Assembly (NCBI RefSeq): GCF_045037415.1
Contig: NZ_CP173438.1
Origin: Escherichia coli
GTDB lineage: Bacteria; Pseudomonadota; Gammaproteobacteria; Enterobacterales; Enterobacteriaceae
Direction: 5' to 3' (one strand)
Length of the DNA: 64,000 bases
In this document: positions 33,938 through 44,742 of the stretch, piece by piece
Layout of the letters: each line of letters begins with the position of its first letter
Numbering within the stretch: position 1 is the stretch's first letter
The notes under the pieces: model-generated
The model's database searches: none
Seen by the model: the letters and a program-made list of their open reading frames with translations, nothing else
Told to the model about the DNA's origin: nothing
Made by a program: the position numbers and the translations under genes

Positions 33938-35196
33938 GATAAAAACTCTCTTTGGGCTCGTGAAAAAAAGGCTTCATCACCGAAGTTGCCAGATTTAAGG
34001 GCGAGTGAGACAGGCTTATCCAGTGCGTTTACCCACGGCACGCCGGGGGAAATGGTTGGGCCAATATGAAACCCTTTTATGCCCAGGCTCTGTGTGACTA
34101 CGCCGGAGGTCTCACCGCCTGCGACAATAAAGCGTGTCACGCCTTCCGCTGCTAACCGCGCCGCTAGTTGAGAAAACAGAGTTTCTACTGCCTGACTGGC
34201 TTTTTGTGCACCGTATTGCTGTTGAATTGCTGCCAATGCGTCAGTGCTGGCGGTGGCAAAAACCAGTGGAGCAAGTACACTTTCCTGGCCCAGAACCCAC
34301 TCTGCCAGCTCGTGTGCATAAGCGGCCAGAGTTTCGGTTGAGAGGCAGCGTGCCACATCAACCTCACGGGCTGGTGCAATTTGACGGTAATGTGCCACCT
34401 GGCGGTTGGTCATTTGAGAGCATGAACCGGAGAGCACTACGCCGCGCCCAGCGAGCGGACGCCCTGCTTCGCGAGCCTGGTTACCGTTTTCTTGCGCCCA
34501 CTGCCGGGCCAGGCCAATCGCCAGACCAGAACCGCCCGTTACCAGTGGGGCATCGCGCAAGGCTTCCCCCTGAATTTCCAGATGGTGTTCGGTCAGCGCA
34601 TCAAGCACCGCGTAGCGATAGCCCTCTTGCTGTAAGCGAGCCAGCTCCTGACGAACGGCTTTCACACCTTGTTCGAAAACATGTGCTGAAACGACGCCGC
34701 AGCGCCCTGTGGATTGCGCTTCAACCAGACGGGGAAGATAGCTGTCGGTCATGGGATTTACCGGGTGATGGCGCATTCCGGATTCGGCCAGCAGTTGATT
34801 CATTACGAACAAATACCCCTGATAAACCGTACGTCCGTTGACTGGCAGGGCCGGAGAGAAGACCGTAAACGGTGTGTCGAGAGCATCCATTAATGCATCG
34901 GTAACTGGGCCGATATTCCCTTTCGCCGTACTGTCGAAAGTAGAGCAGTATTTGAAATAGATCTGTTTGCAACCTTGCTGTTGCAACCAGCTCAGAGCCG
35001 CCAGCGATTGCTGTGTGGCTTCAACCACCGGACAGGAGCGCGTTTTCAGGCTGATCACCAGTGCGTCGATTGCTTCCGGCATTTTACCTGTTGGAACACC
35101 GTTAATTTGTACCGTTGGTAGACCGTTTTCCACCAGAAAACTGGCGATATCCGTCGCGCCGGTAAAATCATCAGCGATAACGCCAATCTTGATCAT
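33934..35196 (-). CDS. ygbK: 3-oxo-tetronate kinase (DUF1537 four-carbon acid-sugar kinase; OtnK)
   Basis: 420-aa ORF (true start may be internal); overlaps neighbouring genes by 4 nt. Confidence 0.8.
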   Translation of the reverse strand: MIKIGVIADDFTGATDIASFLVENGLPTVQINGVPTGKMPEAIDALVISLKTRSCPVVEATQQSLAALSWLQQQGCKQIYFKYCSTFDSTAKGNIGPVTDALMDALDTPFTVFSPALPVNGRTVYQGYLFVMNQLLAESGMRHHPVNPMTDSYLPRLVEAQSTGRCGVVSAHVFEQGVKAVRQELARLQQEGYRYAVLDALTEHHLEIQGEALRDAPLVTGGSGLAIGLARQWAQENGNQAREAGRPLAGRGVVLSGSCSQMTNRQVAHYRQIAPAREVDVARCLSTETLAAYAHELAEWVLGQESVLAPLVFATASTDALAAIQQQYGAQKASQAVETLFSQLAARLAAEGVTRFIVAGGETSGVVTQSLGIKGFHIGPTISPGVPWVNALDKPVSLALKSGNFGDEAFFSRAQREFLS

Positions 35197-36101
35197 GATT
35201 TCGCTCCCGGTAGGGTGATGCCAGAGAAAATCTTGATAACTGCGCTATCGTCTTCTTTCCCGTAACCCGCGTTACTGGCGCTGGTGAACATATTCAATGC
35301 TGTTGAGGCCAATGGCAGCGGGAAGTGCAGGGCTTTGGCGGTATCGGCAACCAGACCAAGATCCTTAACAAAAATATCGACGGCTGAATGCGGGGTGTAA
35401 TCGCCATCCACCACATGACGCATCCGGTTTTCGAACATCCATGAATTTCCGGCGGCATTGGTCACGACGTCATACATCACATCCAGCGGGATCCCCGCAC
35501 GGGCTGCAAGCGCCATCGCTTCGGCTCCGGCAGCAATATGTACGCCCGCCAACAACTGGTGGATAATTTTTACGGTCGAACCCAGTCCCGGTTCTGCTCC
35601 GATGCGATAAACTTTTCCGGCAACGGCTTCCAGCACGGGTGCCAGTCGTTCAAAGGCAATATCGCTACCGGAGGCCATGACAGTCATTTCACCGTTAGCG
35701 GCTTTTACCGCACCACCAGAAACCGGCGCATCCAGCATTTCCAGACCGAATCCAGCCAGAGCGGTAGCAATTTCTTGCGCATCAGCATTGGCGATAGTGG
35801 AAGAAACCATTACTGCCGTACCGGGTTTCAGATGTTGTGCAACGCCTTTTTCACCAAACAGCACCTGTTTAACCTGGGTCGCATTGACCACCAGCACCAG
35901 CAGAGCGTCCAGTTTTTCGGCAAACGTCGCGGCGTTATCAGAAACCCCGCAAGCACCAGCCTCTTTCAACGTAGCGCAGGCATTGCTGTTCAGGTCTGCG
36001 CCCCAGGTAGAAAGACCTGCGCGGACACATGACAGTGCTGCTCCCATTCCCATTGACCCTAAGCCAACGATACCGACATGAAACTCCGATCCCGTTTTCA
36101 T
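35193..36101 (-). CDS. ygbJ: L-threonate dehydrogenase (3-hydroxyisobutyrate dehydrogenase family; LtnD)
   Basis: 302-aa ORF; NAD-binding GLGSMGMGAA motif. Confidence 0.85.
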   Translation of the reverse strand: MKTGSEFHVGIVGLGSMGMGAALSCVRAGLSTWGADLNSNACATLKEAGACGVSDNAATFAEKLDALLVLVVNATQVKQVLFGEKGVAQHLKPGTAVMVSSTIANADAQEIATALAGFGLEMLDAPVSGGAVKAANGEMTVMASGSDIAFERLAPVLEAVAGKVYRIGAEPGLGSTVKIIHQLLAGVHIAAGAEAMALAARAGIPLDVMYDVVTNAAGNSWMFENRMRHVVDGDYTPHSAVDIFVKDLGLVADTAKALHFPLPLASTALNMFTSASNAGYGKEDDSAVIKIFSGITLPGAKS

Positions 36102-36296
36102 CTGCTCTCCTTGTTAATTTAAGTGATATTTTGTTTGATATTGTGAATATAAGCGCGGAAAGATAACGATATGGTGAGCTGATTCACAAAAATTAACATT
36201 GTGTGTTATTTTATGTGAACTAAGCGTTAGTTGCGCCGCGCACGTTTCGCAGGCAAATAGCGTAGAATGTCAGCAGGACAAAGGAAGGAGCAAAAG

Positions 36297-37064
36297 TTGA
36301 TACCCGTAGAGCGTCGCCAAATCATCCTTGAGATGGTAGCTGAAAAAGGCATTGTTAGTATTGCTGAACTAACGGACAGAATGAATGTGTCACATATGAC
36401 CATTCGTCGGGATTTACAAAAACTGGAGCAGCAGGGAGCCGTTGTGCTGGTGTCCGGGGGCGTCCAGTCTCCGGGACGCGTGGCGCATGAACCTTCTCAT
36501 CAGGTAAAAACTGCGCTGGCAATGACGCAAAAAGCGGCTATTGGCAAGCTGGCGGCAAGTCTTGTTCAGCCGGGACGTTGTATCTATCTGGATGCGGGAA
36601 CGACCACGTTAGCGATTGCACAGCATCTGATTCACATGGAGCCACTCACAGTGGTTACTAACGACTTCGTTATTGCGGACTACTTGCTCGACAACAGTAA
36701 TTGCACAATTATTCACACTGGCGGCGCAGTGTGTCGGGAAAACCGTTCCTGTGTTGGGGAAGCCGCTGCGACCATGCTGCGTAGCCTGATGATTGATCAG
36801 GCTTTTATTTCTGCATCGTCATGGAGTGTGCGGGGGATCTCTACGCCAGCAGAAGATAAAGTCACGGTGAAACGGGCGATTGCCAGTGCCAGCCGCCAGC
36901 GAGTTTTGGTCTGTGATGCGACGAAATATGGACAGGTGGCGACATGGCTGGCGTTACCATTAAGCGAGTTTGATCAGATCATTACTGACGACGGTCTGCC
37001 GGAGAGTGCCAGCCGCGCGCTGGCGAAGCTGGATCTCTCTTTGCTGGTAGCGAAAAATGAATAA
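36297..37064 (+). CDS. ygbI: DeoR-family transcriptional regulator
   Basis: 255 aa from the TTG at 36297, preceded by AAGGAAGGAG; N-terminal HTH, C-terminal sugar-phosphate-binding domain. Confidence 0.8.
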   Translation: MIPVERRQIILEMVAEKGIVSIAELTDRMNVSHMTIRRDLQKLEQQGAVVLVSGGVQSPGRVAHEPSHQVKTALAMTQKAAIGKLAASLVQPGRCIYLDAGTTTLAIAQHLIHMEPLTVVTNDFVIADYLLDNSNCTIIHTGGAVCRENRSCVGEAAATMLRSLMIDQAFISASSWSVRGISTPAEDKVTVKRAIASASRQRVLVCDATKYGQVATWLALPLSEFDQIITDDGLPESASRALAKLDLSLLVAKNE

Positions 37065-37114
37065 TGACCTGCAATAACGCCGGGTTACTCATGCTTCACA
37101 GAAGAAGCATGAGA

Positions 37115-37771
37115 CTACTTTATTTTATAAAATGACAGCCGCCCGCTTTTCGGCGATCCGGTATCTATATAAATCTGGTTAGCGAACGTCTGAATGTTAT
37201 CAAACATCATATGACCAAATATAAAGAAGTCGGCGCCGTTTATTTTTTGTAATTCGCTATTAAGTGATTTCTGCACACGATCAACAGGCCAGAGTAATTC
37301 GCTCTCCGCTATTTCTTTGCCAAACTGATACTCCTTCCCCGGATAATCTGCATGTGCGATGACATATTTTATGTTGTCGTTAGTGATTTCAATAATATGT
37401 GGAAGGAGATGGAATTTCAGCAACAGATCTATTGCCTCTTGTTGCTCTGAATCATTTAAATCGAAAAACCAGTCACCACCGCTGGCAAGCCACATATTTC
37501 CATCGCCAGTTTCGAATGCCTCAAGCGCCATCGCTTCGTGGTTGCCTTTGACGGAGATAAACCAGGGCTGGTTTAACAGGCGCAGCACGTTAAGACTCTC
37601 CGGCCCACGATCGATGTTATCGCCTACCGAAATAAGTAAGTCGGTTTCAGGACAAAAAGAGAGTTGATGTAAGCGGGATTGTAATAATTGATAGTCACCA
37701 TGAATATCACCAACGGCCCATATATGGCGATAGTGATGGGCATTGATTTTTTGATAGCGTGTAGATGGCAT
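37115..37771 (-). CDS. pphB: serine/threonine protein phosphatase 2
   Basis: 218-aa ORF; calcineurin-like motifs GDIHGD, GDNIDRG, GNHE. Confidence 0.9.
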   Translation of the reverse strand: MPSTRYQKINAHHYRHIWAVGDIHGDYQLLQSRLHQLSFCPETDLLISVGDNIDRGPESLNVLRLLNQPWFISVKGNHEAMALEAFETGDGNMWLASGGDWFFDLNDSEQQEAIDLLLKFHLLPHIIEITNDNIKYVIAHADYPGKEYQFGKEIAESELLWPVDRVQKSLNSELQKINGADFFIFGHMMFDNIQTFANQIYIDTGSPKSGRLSFYKIK

Positions 37772-37876
37772 GGTTTTACCCTGTAAAATAAGTTTTCCTA
37801 TTATACAGGGTATTTTTATTTGATTCGTCAGTTGTCGTTAATATTCCCGATAGCAAAAGGCTATCGGGAATTATTA

Positions 37877-40438
37877 TTACACCAGACTCTTCAAGCGATA
37901 AATCCATTCCAGCGCCTGACGCGGAGTCAGTGAATCCGGGTCGAGGTTTTCCAGTGCCTCGACCGCAGGCGAAGTTTCTTCCGGTACGGACAGCAAAGAC
38001 ATTTGTGTACCATCCACTTGCGTAGCAGCGGCGTTCGGCGAAATGCTTTCCAGCTCACGCAGTTTTTGCCGTGCGCGCTTAATAACCTCTTTTGGCACAC
38101 CCGCCAGAGCTGCAACCGCCAGGCCGTAGCTTTTGCTCGCCGCGCCATCCTGCACGCTATGCATAAAGGCAATGGTGTCGCCGTGCTCCAGTGCATCGAG
38201 ATGCACGTTGGCGACGCCTTCCATTTTCTCCGGTAACTGGGTCAGCTCGAAATAGTGGGTAGCAAACAGCGTCAACGCTTTGATCTTATTTGCCAGATTT
38301 TCCGCACACGCCCACGCCAGCGACAGACCATCGTAAGTGGACGTTCCACGCCCGATCTCATCCATCAACACCAGACTATATTCGGTGGCGTTATGTAAAA
38401 TATTGGCGGTTTCGGTCATCTCCACCATAAAGGTTGAACGCCCGGAAGCCAGATCATCCGCAGCACCTACGCGGGTAAAGATACGGTCAATCGGGCCAAT
38501 CTCGACTTTTTGCGCCGGTACGTAGCTGCCGATATACGCCATCAGCGCAATCAACGCGGTCTGGCGCATATAGGTACTTTTACCGCCCATGTTCGGACCG
38601 GTAATGATCAACATGCGACGCTGCGGCGACAGGTTCAGTGGGTTAGCGATAAACGGCTCATTCAGTACTTGTTCAACTACCGGATGGCGACCTTCGGTAA
38701 TACGAATGCCAGGTTTATCAATGAAGGTCGGGCAGGTATAGTTCAGGGTATAGGCCCGTTCCGCCAGGTTCACCAGCACGTCGAGTTCCGCCAGCGCGCT
38801 CGCGCTCTGTTGCAACGCTTCCAGATGCGGCAACAGCAGGTCGAACAGCTCTTCATAAAGTTGTTTTTCCAGAGCCAGTGCTTTGCCTTTTGAGGTGAGA
38901 ACTTTATCTTCGTACTCTTTTAGCTCTGGAATGATGTAGCGCTCGGCGTTTTTCAGCGTCTGGCGACGCATGTAGTTGATTGGTGCCAAATGGCTTTGCC
39001 CACGGCTGATTTGAATGTAGTAGCCGTGCACCGCATTAAAGCCAACTTTCAGCGTGTCCAGGCCGGTACGTTCACGCTCGCGGACTTCCAGACGCTCCAG
39101 ATAATCGGTCGCGCCGTCAGCCAGCGCGCGCCACTCATCCAGCTCTTCGTTATAGCCCGATGCGATAACACCACCGTCGCGTACCAGCACCGGTGGTGTG
39201 TCGATGATTGCTCGCTCCAGCAGATCGCGCAGCTCGGCAAACTCGCCCATCTTCTCACGCAGCGCTTGTACCGGTGCACTATCGACATTTTCTAACTGCG
39301 CACGCAACTCCGGCAGTTGCTGGAAAGCGTGACGCATACGGGCCAGATCGCGTGGGCGAGCGGTACGCAACGCCAGACGCGCCAGAATACGTTCCAGGTC
39401 GCCCACCTGACGCAGTACCGGCTGCAGCTCGGCGGTGAAATCCTGCAATGCGCCAATAGTTTGCTGACGCTCAAGCAACACGCGGGTATCGCGCACTGGC
39501 ATATGCAGCCAGCGTTTCAACATACGACTACCCATCGGCGTTACAGTGCAGTCGAGCACTGAAGCCAGCGTATTTTCCGCACCGCCGGCCAGGTTCTGAG
39601 TAATTTCCAGGTTACGACGCGTCGCGGCATCCATAATGATGCTGTCCTGCTGACGTTCCATAGTGATAGAACGGATATGCGGCAGGGTCGTGCGTTGGGT
39701 ATCTTTCGCATACTGCAACAGACAACCGGCAGCACAAAGTCCGCGTGGTGCGTTCTCCACACCAAAACCGACCAGATCTCGGGTGCCAAATTGCAGGTTC
39801 AATTGCTGGCGAGCGGTGTCGATTTCAAACTCCCACAGCGGGCGACGACGCAGGCCGCGGCGACCTTCAATCAGCGACATCTCGGCGAAATCTTCTGCAT
39901 ACAGTAATTCCGCTGGATTCGTACGTTGCAGTTCTGCCGCCATCGTTTCGCGGTCCGCCGGTTCGCTCAGGCGAAAACGACCGGAACTGATATCCAGCGT
40001 TGCGTAGCCGAAACCTTTACTGTCCTGCCAGATAGCCGCCAGCAGGTTGTCCTGACGTTCCTGCAACAGCGCTTCATCGCTGATGGTGCCCGGCGTAACG
40101 ATACGGACAACTTTGCGCTCGACCGGCCCTTTGCTGGTCGCCGGATCGCCAATCTGTTCACAAATAGCGACGGATTCGCCCTGATTCACCAGTTTGGCGA
40201 GGTAGTTTTCCACCGCATGGTAGGGAATCCCCGCCATCGGGATTGGCTCTCCCGCTGAAGCACCGCGTTTGGTCAGTGAAATATCCAGCAGTTGCGACGC
40301 CCGTTTTGCGTCGTCATAAAACAGTTCATAAAAGTCGCCCATCCGGTAAAACAGCAGGATCTCGGGATGCTGGGCTTTCAGCTTGAGATACTGCTGCATC
40401 ATGGGCGTATGGGCGTCGAAATTTTCTATTGTACTCAT
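37877..40438 (-). CDS. mutS: DNA mismatch repair protein MutS
   Basis: 853-aa ORF; Walker [10 protein letters not shown]; N-terminal mismatch-binding domain. Confidence 0.97.
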   Translation of the reverse strand: MSTIENFDAHTPMMQQYLKLKAQHPEILLFYRMGDFYELFYDDAKRASQLLDISLTKRGASAGEPIPMAGIPYHAVENYLAKLVNQGESVAICEQIGDPATSKGPVERKVVRIVTPGTISDEALLQERQDNLLAAIWQDSKGFGYATLDISSGRFRLSEPADRETMAAELQRTNPAELLYAEDFAEMSLIEGRRGLRRRPLWEFEIDTARQQLNLQFGTRDLVGFGVENAPRGLCAAGCLLQYAKDTQRTTLPHIRSITMERQQDSIIMDAATRRNLEITQNLAGGAENTLASVLDCTVTPMGSRMLKRWLHMPVRDTRVLLERQQTIGALQDFTAELQPVLRQVGDLERILARLALRTARPRDLARMRHAFQQLPELRAQLENVDSAPVQALREKMGEFAELRDLLERAIIDTPPVLVRDGGVIASGYNEELDEWRALADGATDYLERLEVRERERTGLDTLKVGFNAVHGYYIQISRGQSHLAPINYMRRQTLKNAERYIIPELKEYEDKVLTSKGKALALEKQLYEELFDLLLPHLEALQQSASALAELDVLVNLAERAYTLNYTCPTFIDKPGIRITEGRHPVVEQVLNEPFIANPLNLSPQRRMLIITGPNMGGKSTYMRQTALIALMAYIGSYVPAQKVEIGPIDRIFTRVGAADDLASGRSTFMVEMTETANILHNATEYSLVLMDEIGRGTSTYDGLSLAWACAENLANKIKALTLFATHYFELTQLPEKMEGVANVHLDALEHGDTIAFMHSVQDGAASKSYGLAVAALAGVPKEVIKRARQKLRELESISPNAAATQVDGTQMSLLSVPEETSPAVEALENLDPDSLTPRQALEWIYRLKSLV

Positions 40439-40683
40439 GGGGTTAAGTCCGGCTCCCTGATGTTAAATGTAGTGTGATGGTTTTTATTTTCGTTGTAATC
40501 ACATAAGGCGCACATGATACCGGAGTTAATCATTTCAGGGGAAGACGCGAAAGGTGAGTTCTTGATGTCGGTTCCGCGAAAAATGCTGCTTTGCAGCTTT
40601 TGCGTGATGACGATGAAACAAGATCGCCAAATTCGTCGGTTGAAGAAACCTCCTCCTTCAGAGCCATAGTCCCCTTTAAAATT

Positions 40684-40706
40684 AAGTTGTAATATAAATG
40701 CACCTT
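40684..40706. promoter_or_regulatory. candidate NsrR operator (11-1-11 inverted repeat) upstream of ygbA
   Basis: AAGTTGTAATA-T-AAATGCACCTT; right half close to the NsrR half-site AAATNCATCTT; ygbA is a known NsrR-regulated gene. Confidence 0.4.
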
Positions 40707-40723
40707 AAGAGTATGGAGGCAGC

Positions 40724-41068
40724 ATGTCCGGCAAGCGTATCTCTCGTGAAAAACTGACGATTAAAAAAATGATCGATCTTTATCAAGCGAAATGCCCGCA
40801 GGCGTCAGCAGAGCCGGAGCATTACGAGGCGTTGTTTGCTTACGCGCAAAAGCGGCTGGATAAATGTGTGTTCGGCGAAGAGAAACCAGCCTGTAAGCAG
40901 TGTCCGGTGCACTGTTACCAGCCTGCAAAGCGTGAAGAGATGAAACAGATTATGCGTTGGGCCGGGCCGAGAATGCTGTGGCGTCATCCGATCTTAACCG
41001 TGCGTCATCTCATCGATGACAAGCGTCCGGTGCCGGAGTTGCCAGAAAAATATCGTCCAAAGAAATAA
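40724..41068 (+). CDS. ygbA: nitrosative-stress-induced protein YgbA
   Basis: 114-aa ORF; Cys-rich (CPQ...CKQCPVHC); divergent from mutS. Confidence 0.85.
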   Translation: MSGKRISREKLTIKKMIDLYQAKCPQASAEPEHYEALFAYAQKRLDKCVFGEEKPACKQCPVHCYQPAKREEMKQIMRWAGPRMLWRHPILTVRHLIDDKRPVPELPEKYRPKK

Positions 41069-41106
41069 ATCTGCCGGAGAGCCATACTCTCCGGCAAATA
41101 CGGCGC

Positions 41107-41535
41107 TTACGCTTTGGTGGCAATCAGGATGGCTGATGCTTTGATCAATGCAATAACGCGCGAGCCAGTGGTGAGTTTCATTTCATCCTGACTTTCATTT
41201 GTTACCACTGCCACAATTTCAAAACCCGCATCCGTTTTGATATGGACAGTGGCGTTCACTGCGCCTTCGGTGATTGTCGACACGCTGCCAGCAAACTGGT
41301 TGCGAGCAGAGAATTTCAGTCCACAGTCTTCCGTTGCCAGCGTTACCCACGGGGCTTTAATCAGGGCAATCGCTTCTTTCCCTTTCGCCAGACCCAGCGC
41401 TTGCTGGCTGCTGTGAGTCACAATTGCCACCAGCTTTGCACCACCTGCCAGCGTCAGTTCTACTTCGTCATTCACCGCGCCCATTGCTACTGCGCTAACT
41501 GTTCCGGTTAATTGATTTCTTGCTGAAACTGCCAT
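41107..41535 (-). CDS. tandem Mop/TOBE-domain molybdate-binding protein (molbindin)
   Basis: 142 aa from the ATG at 41535, preceded by AAGGAGG; two repeated Mop domains (ARNQLTGTVSAV... and ARNQFAGSVSTI...); starts 44 nt after the fhlA stop on the same strand. Confidence 0.7.
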   Translation of the reverse strand: MAVSARNQLTGTVSAVAMGAVNDEVELTLAGGAKLVAIVTHSSQQALGLAKGKEAIALIKAPWVTLATEDCGLKFSARNQFAGSVSTITEGAVNATVHIKTDAGFEIVAVVTNESQDEMKLTTGSRVIALIKASAILIATKA

Positions 41536-41579
41536 ACTGCCTCCTTTCATTGAATGTTGATCGAGTATAACCACATCTG

Positions 41580-43658
41580 TTAAATCAATGCCGATTTATC
41601 AATTCCCAGTCGCTTCATTCGTGACAGCAGAGTCGTGCGTTTCAGCCCCAGACGTTGCGCAGCGCCTTTAGGCCCGGCAACCACGCCGTTTGTTTCTTTC
41701 AGCACGCGAACAATCAACTGATATTCATCTTCGCCCTCCTGGGCGACAACCGTTGCGGCAGGCGGCGTTTCAGGTTCTGGTAAAGCAATATCTGGCAATG
41801 ACAGCTGCAGCACGTTGCCGCGTGTTAGCAATACCGCGCGCTCGATGACGTTTTCCAGCTCACGCACGTTGCCCGGCCATTCCATGTTGCTCAGGATGCG
41901 CAGCGTCTCGGCAGGAATGCTGTCGATATTGCGCCCCAGACGACGGGCAATTTTGAAGGTAAAGGCTTTCGCCAGCAGCGGAATATCTTCCGGACGCTCG
42001 CGTAGTGGCGGCAGGTGGATCGGGAATACGTTCAGGCGGTAATAGAGATCGCTACGGAACTCTCGGTCGGCGACCATTTTTTTCAGATCGCGGTTAGTCG
42101 CGGCAATTAAACGTACGTCCGTCTGAATGATTTTGTTGCTGCCGAGACGTTCAAACTCCTGTTCCTGTAATACACGCAGCAACTTCGGCTGTAACTCCAG
42201 CGGCATATCGCCCACTTCATCGAGGAATAGTGAGCTTTTATCCGCCAGTTCAAAACGACCAATGCGCTGAGCGCTGGCACCGGTAAAAGCCCCGCGCTCA
42301 TGACCAAATAGATCGCTTTCCAGCAATCCGGCAGGCATCGCCGCGCAGTTCATTTTGACCATGCGGCGATTATTACGCCCACTGAGATTATGGATCGCGC
42401 GGGCAATCAGCTCTTTACCTGTACCAGTTTCACCGAGGATCAGAACGGTACTGTCACTTTGCGCCACCATTTCAACTTGTTTAAGTACGCTGTACATGGC
42501 TTCGCTGCGGCCAATAATCTCGCCAAATTCACTATCAACATTGTTGAGCTGCTCGGTCAGGGCGAGGTTTTCATCAACCAGCCGTTCTTTCAGACGATGA
42601 ATTTCCTGATAGGCGAGGGCGTTATCGACAGCGATTGCCACACGTTCGGCAATCTGGCGCAGTAAATTCAGATTGGTAGTGGTAAAGACTTTCTCTTCGC
42701 ATTGCGCCAGTTTCAGTACGCCCAGCATGGTGTCGCCAGACATCAGCGGTAACAGGCACAAGGTTTGAATCTGATTGCCCCAGGTGTTGAACAACATGCG
42801 TTCATAGGGGGCTAAATCGTCCCGCTCGTGGAGATTAATCAACAGCATCTCTTTACTTTTGAAGACGCGTTCGGTGAGGGTTCCGGCTTCATCGACTTCG
42901 CTCTGTTCGTGAGCGGGATGCTGTTTATCAAGATAGTGAGTGGAGTAGATGTTGAGTTTGTTCTTACGGTGGCTGCGTAAGACGATGCTGATATCGTCAA
43001 TGTCGAAGTAGTAGTGGATTTCTTTGGCGACTTCGCTGACCAGTTCGTCCATATCCAGGCGGGAAAGCACCGCGTTAGTGATGGCGACCAGGATGCGGAA
43101 GTTATCGCGTTCCCGGCATAACAACTCATAGTCGACATTGTTAACGACGCGGCTCTGGATTTGTTCGGTGACGACAGAAACGATCTGCGTAAATGTTTGC
43201 AGACGATTGAACTCTTTTTCGCTCCAGGGGCGATCGTCATAACGAATAAATTCACAGCCACCAAAAATATGCCCTTCCGCCGCCAGTGGCATCAGGCAAT
43301 AGTGACCAAATTTGGGGTATAGCCCACCTGTGGCCAGCTGCGGCCAGGTTTCACAAAATTCTTCGTAACTGCAATGCAGCGTATCAGGGCGCGACAAAAT
43401 GCTGCGTACCGGACCGTGTGCCAGAACAGTTTCGTCTTCATATTTAATGGGGGTGTCTTTTTCACGCGATGCGTAATAAGACGCACGTTGAGTCTGCGCT
43501 TGCCACAACACAATCGCCGCGTTGTCGGCGAGCGCAGAACGCTTTACCAGTTGCGAAAGAGCCTCACACAGCGAGGCCAGATCGGGCTGCTGCAATAGTG
43601 TCCGAGTGATGTCGAACAACCCTTGCTGTCCGAGATCACTCATCGGTGTATATGACAT
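41580..43658 (-). CDS. fhlA: formate hydrogenlyase transcriptional activator (sigma-54 dependent)
   Basis: 692 aa from the ATG at 43658; GAF domains; AAA+ sigma-54 interaction domain ([14 protein letters not shown]); C-terminal HTH. Confidence 0.95.
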   Translation of the reverse strand: MSYTPMSDLGQQGLFDITRTLLQQPDLASLCEALSQLVKRSALADNAAIVLWQAQTQRASYYASREKDTPIKYEDETVLAHGPVRSILSRPDTLHCSYEEFCETWPQLATGGLYPKFGHYCLMPLAAEGHIFGGCEFIRYDDRPWSEKEFNRLQTFTQIVSVVTEQIQSRVVNNVDYELLCRERDNFRILVAITNAVLSRLDMDELVSEVAKEIHYYFDIDDISIVLRSHRKNKLNIYSTHYLDKQHPAHEQSEVDEAGTLTERVFKSKEMLLINLHERDDLAPYERMLFNTWGNQIQTLCLLPLMSGDTMLGVLKLAQCEEKVFTTTNLNLLRQIAERVAIAVDNALAYQEIHRLKERLVDENLALTEQLNNVDSEFGEIIGRSEAMYSVLKQVEMVAQSDSTVLILGETGTGKELIARAIHNLSGRNNRRMVKMNCAAMPAGLLESDLFGHERGAFTGASAQRIGRFELADKSSLFLDEVGDMPLELQPKLLRVLQEQEFERLGSNKIIQTDVRLIAATNRDLKKMVADREFRSDLYYRLNVFPIHLPPLRERPEDIPLLAKAFTFKIARRLGRNIDSIPAETLRILSNMEWPGNVRELENVIERAVLLTRGNVLQLSLPDIALPEPETPPAATVVAQEGEDEYQLIVRVLKETNGVVAGPKGAAQRLGLKRTTLLSRMKRLGIDKSALI

Positions 43659-43731
43659 TTTGTTCTTCCAGGAAAGCACCGCAAAGCGGTGCAAAAGGTC
43701 ATTGACTAACTATAGGAGATTTAGAATTTTA

Positions 43732-44742
43732 TTAGCATATACGCGGAAGCGGTTCGGCGTGCGGTAGATCGAGGGTTCGTTTCACGCCATACAGACCGGC
43801 AAGACGAACACCTTTACGTTCTACTACTTCGCCAATCAGCGCCGCATCTTTTCCCAATGGATGGGAATGTAACGCCGCCAGCACTTGCTCTGCTGCGTTG
43901 CGTTCAACGGCGATCACCAGTTTGCCTTCGTTGGCAAAGTTAAGGGCGTCCAGTCCCAGCAGTTCGCAAACGCCGCGCACAGCAGGTTTAACCGGCAGTG
44001 CCGCTTCTGAAAGTTCAATACCACAACCGCAGGCTGCCGCGAACTCATGAACCACCGCGTTTACACCACCACGGGTGGCATCACGCAGCGCTTTCACGCC
44101 GGGAATGTCACGCAGCGTCTGAATAAGCGGCGCCAGCACCGCGCAGTCGCTGACCAGTTCTCCATCCAGCCCTAGTTGCTCACGCAGGTTAAGGATAGTC
44201 GCCCCATGGTCGCCGAGTGTACCGCTAACCAGCAATACATCGCCTGCGGTTAGCGTCTGTGCGCCCCAGTGAATATTCGCCGGAATTGCGCCCATGCCAG
44301 CGGTGTTGATAAACAGTTTATCTGCCGCGCCGCGCTGTACCACTTTGGTGTCGCCAGTAACGATGGCAATGCCTGCCGCACGGGCGGTTTCTGCCATGCT
44401 GGTCACTACGGCTTTCAGTGTCTCCATCGGCAATCCTTCTTCGAGGATAAAGCCACAGGAGAGATAGCGCGGAATTGCGCCACTGACCGCAACGTCATTG
44501 GCGGTGCCGCAAATCGCCAGCTTGCCGATATTACCGCCAGGAAAGAACAGCGGGTCAATGACGTAACTGTCGGTGGAGAACGCCAGACGGTCGCCTTCCG
44601 CTACCAGCTGTGCCAAATCAAGACGGGCCTGATCTTCCTGCTCTGCCAGCCACGGGTTGGCAAAGGCTTCCATAAACAGGCTGTTGATTAATTGCTGCAT
44701 CGCCTGGCCGCCGCTGCCGTGGGCGAGTTGGATATTATTCAC
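43732..44742 (-). CDS. hypE: hydrogenase maturation protein HypE
   Basis: 336-aa ORF; C-terminal PRIC motif. Confidence 0.95.
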   Translation of the reverse strand: MNNIQLAHGSGGQAMQQLINSLFMEAFANPWLAEQEDQARLDLAQLVAEGDRLAFSTDSYVIDPLFFPGGNIGKLAICGTANDVAVSGAIPRYLSCGFILEEGLPMETLKAVVTSMAETARAAGIAIVTGDTKVVQRGAADKLFINTAGMGAIPANIHWGAQTLTAGDVLLVSGTLGDHGATILNLREQLGLDGELVSDCAVLAPLIQTLRDIPGVKALRDATRGGVNAVVHEFAAACGCGIELSEAALPVKPAVRGVCELLGLDALNFANEGKLVIAVERNAAEQVLAALHSHPLGKDAALIGEVVERKGVRLAGLYGVKRTLDLPHAEPLPRIC

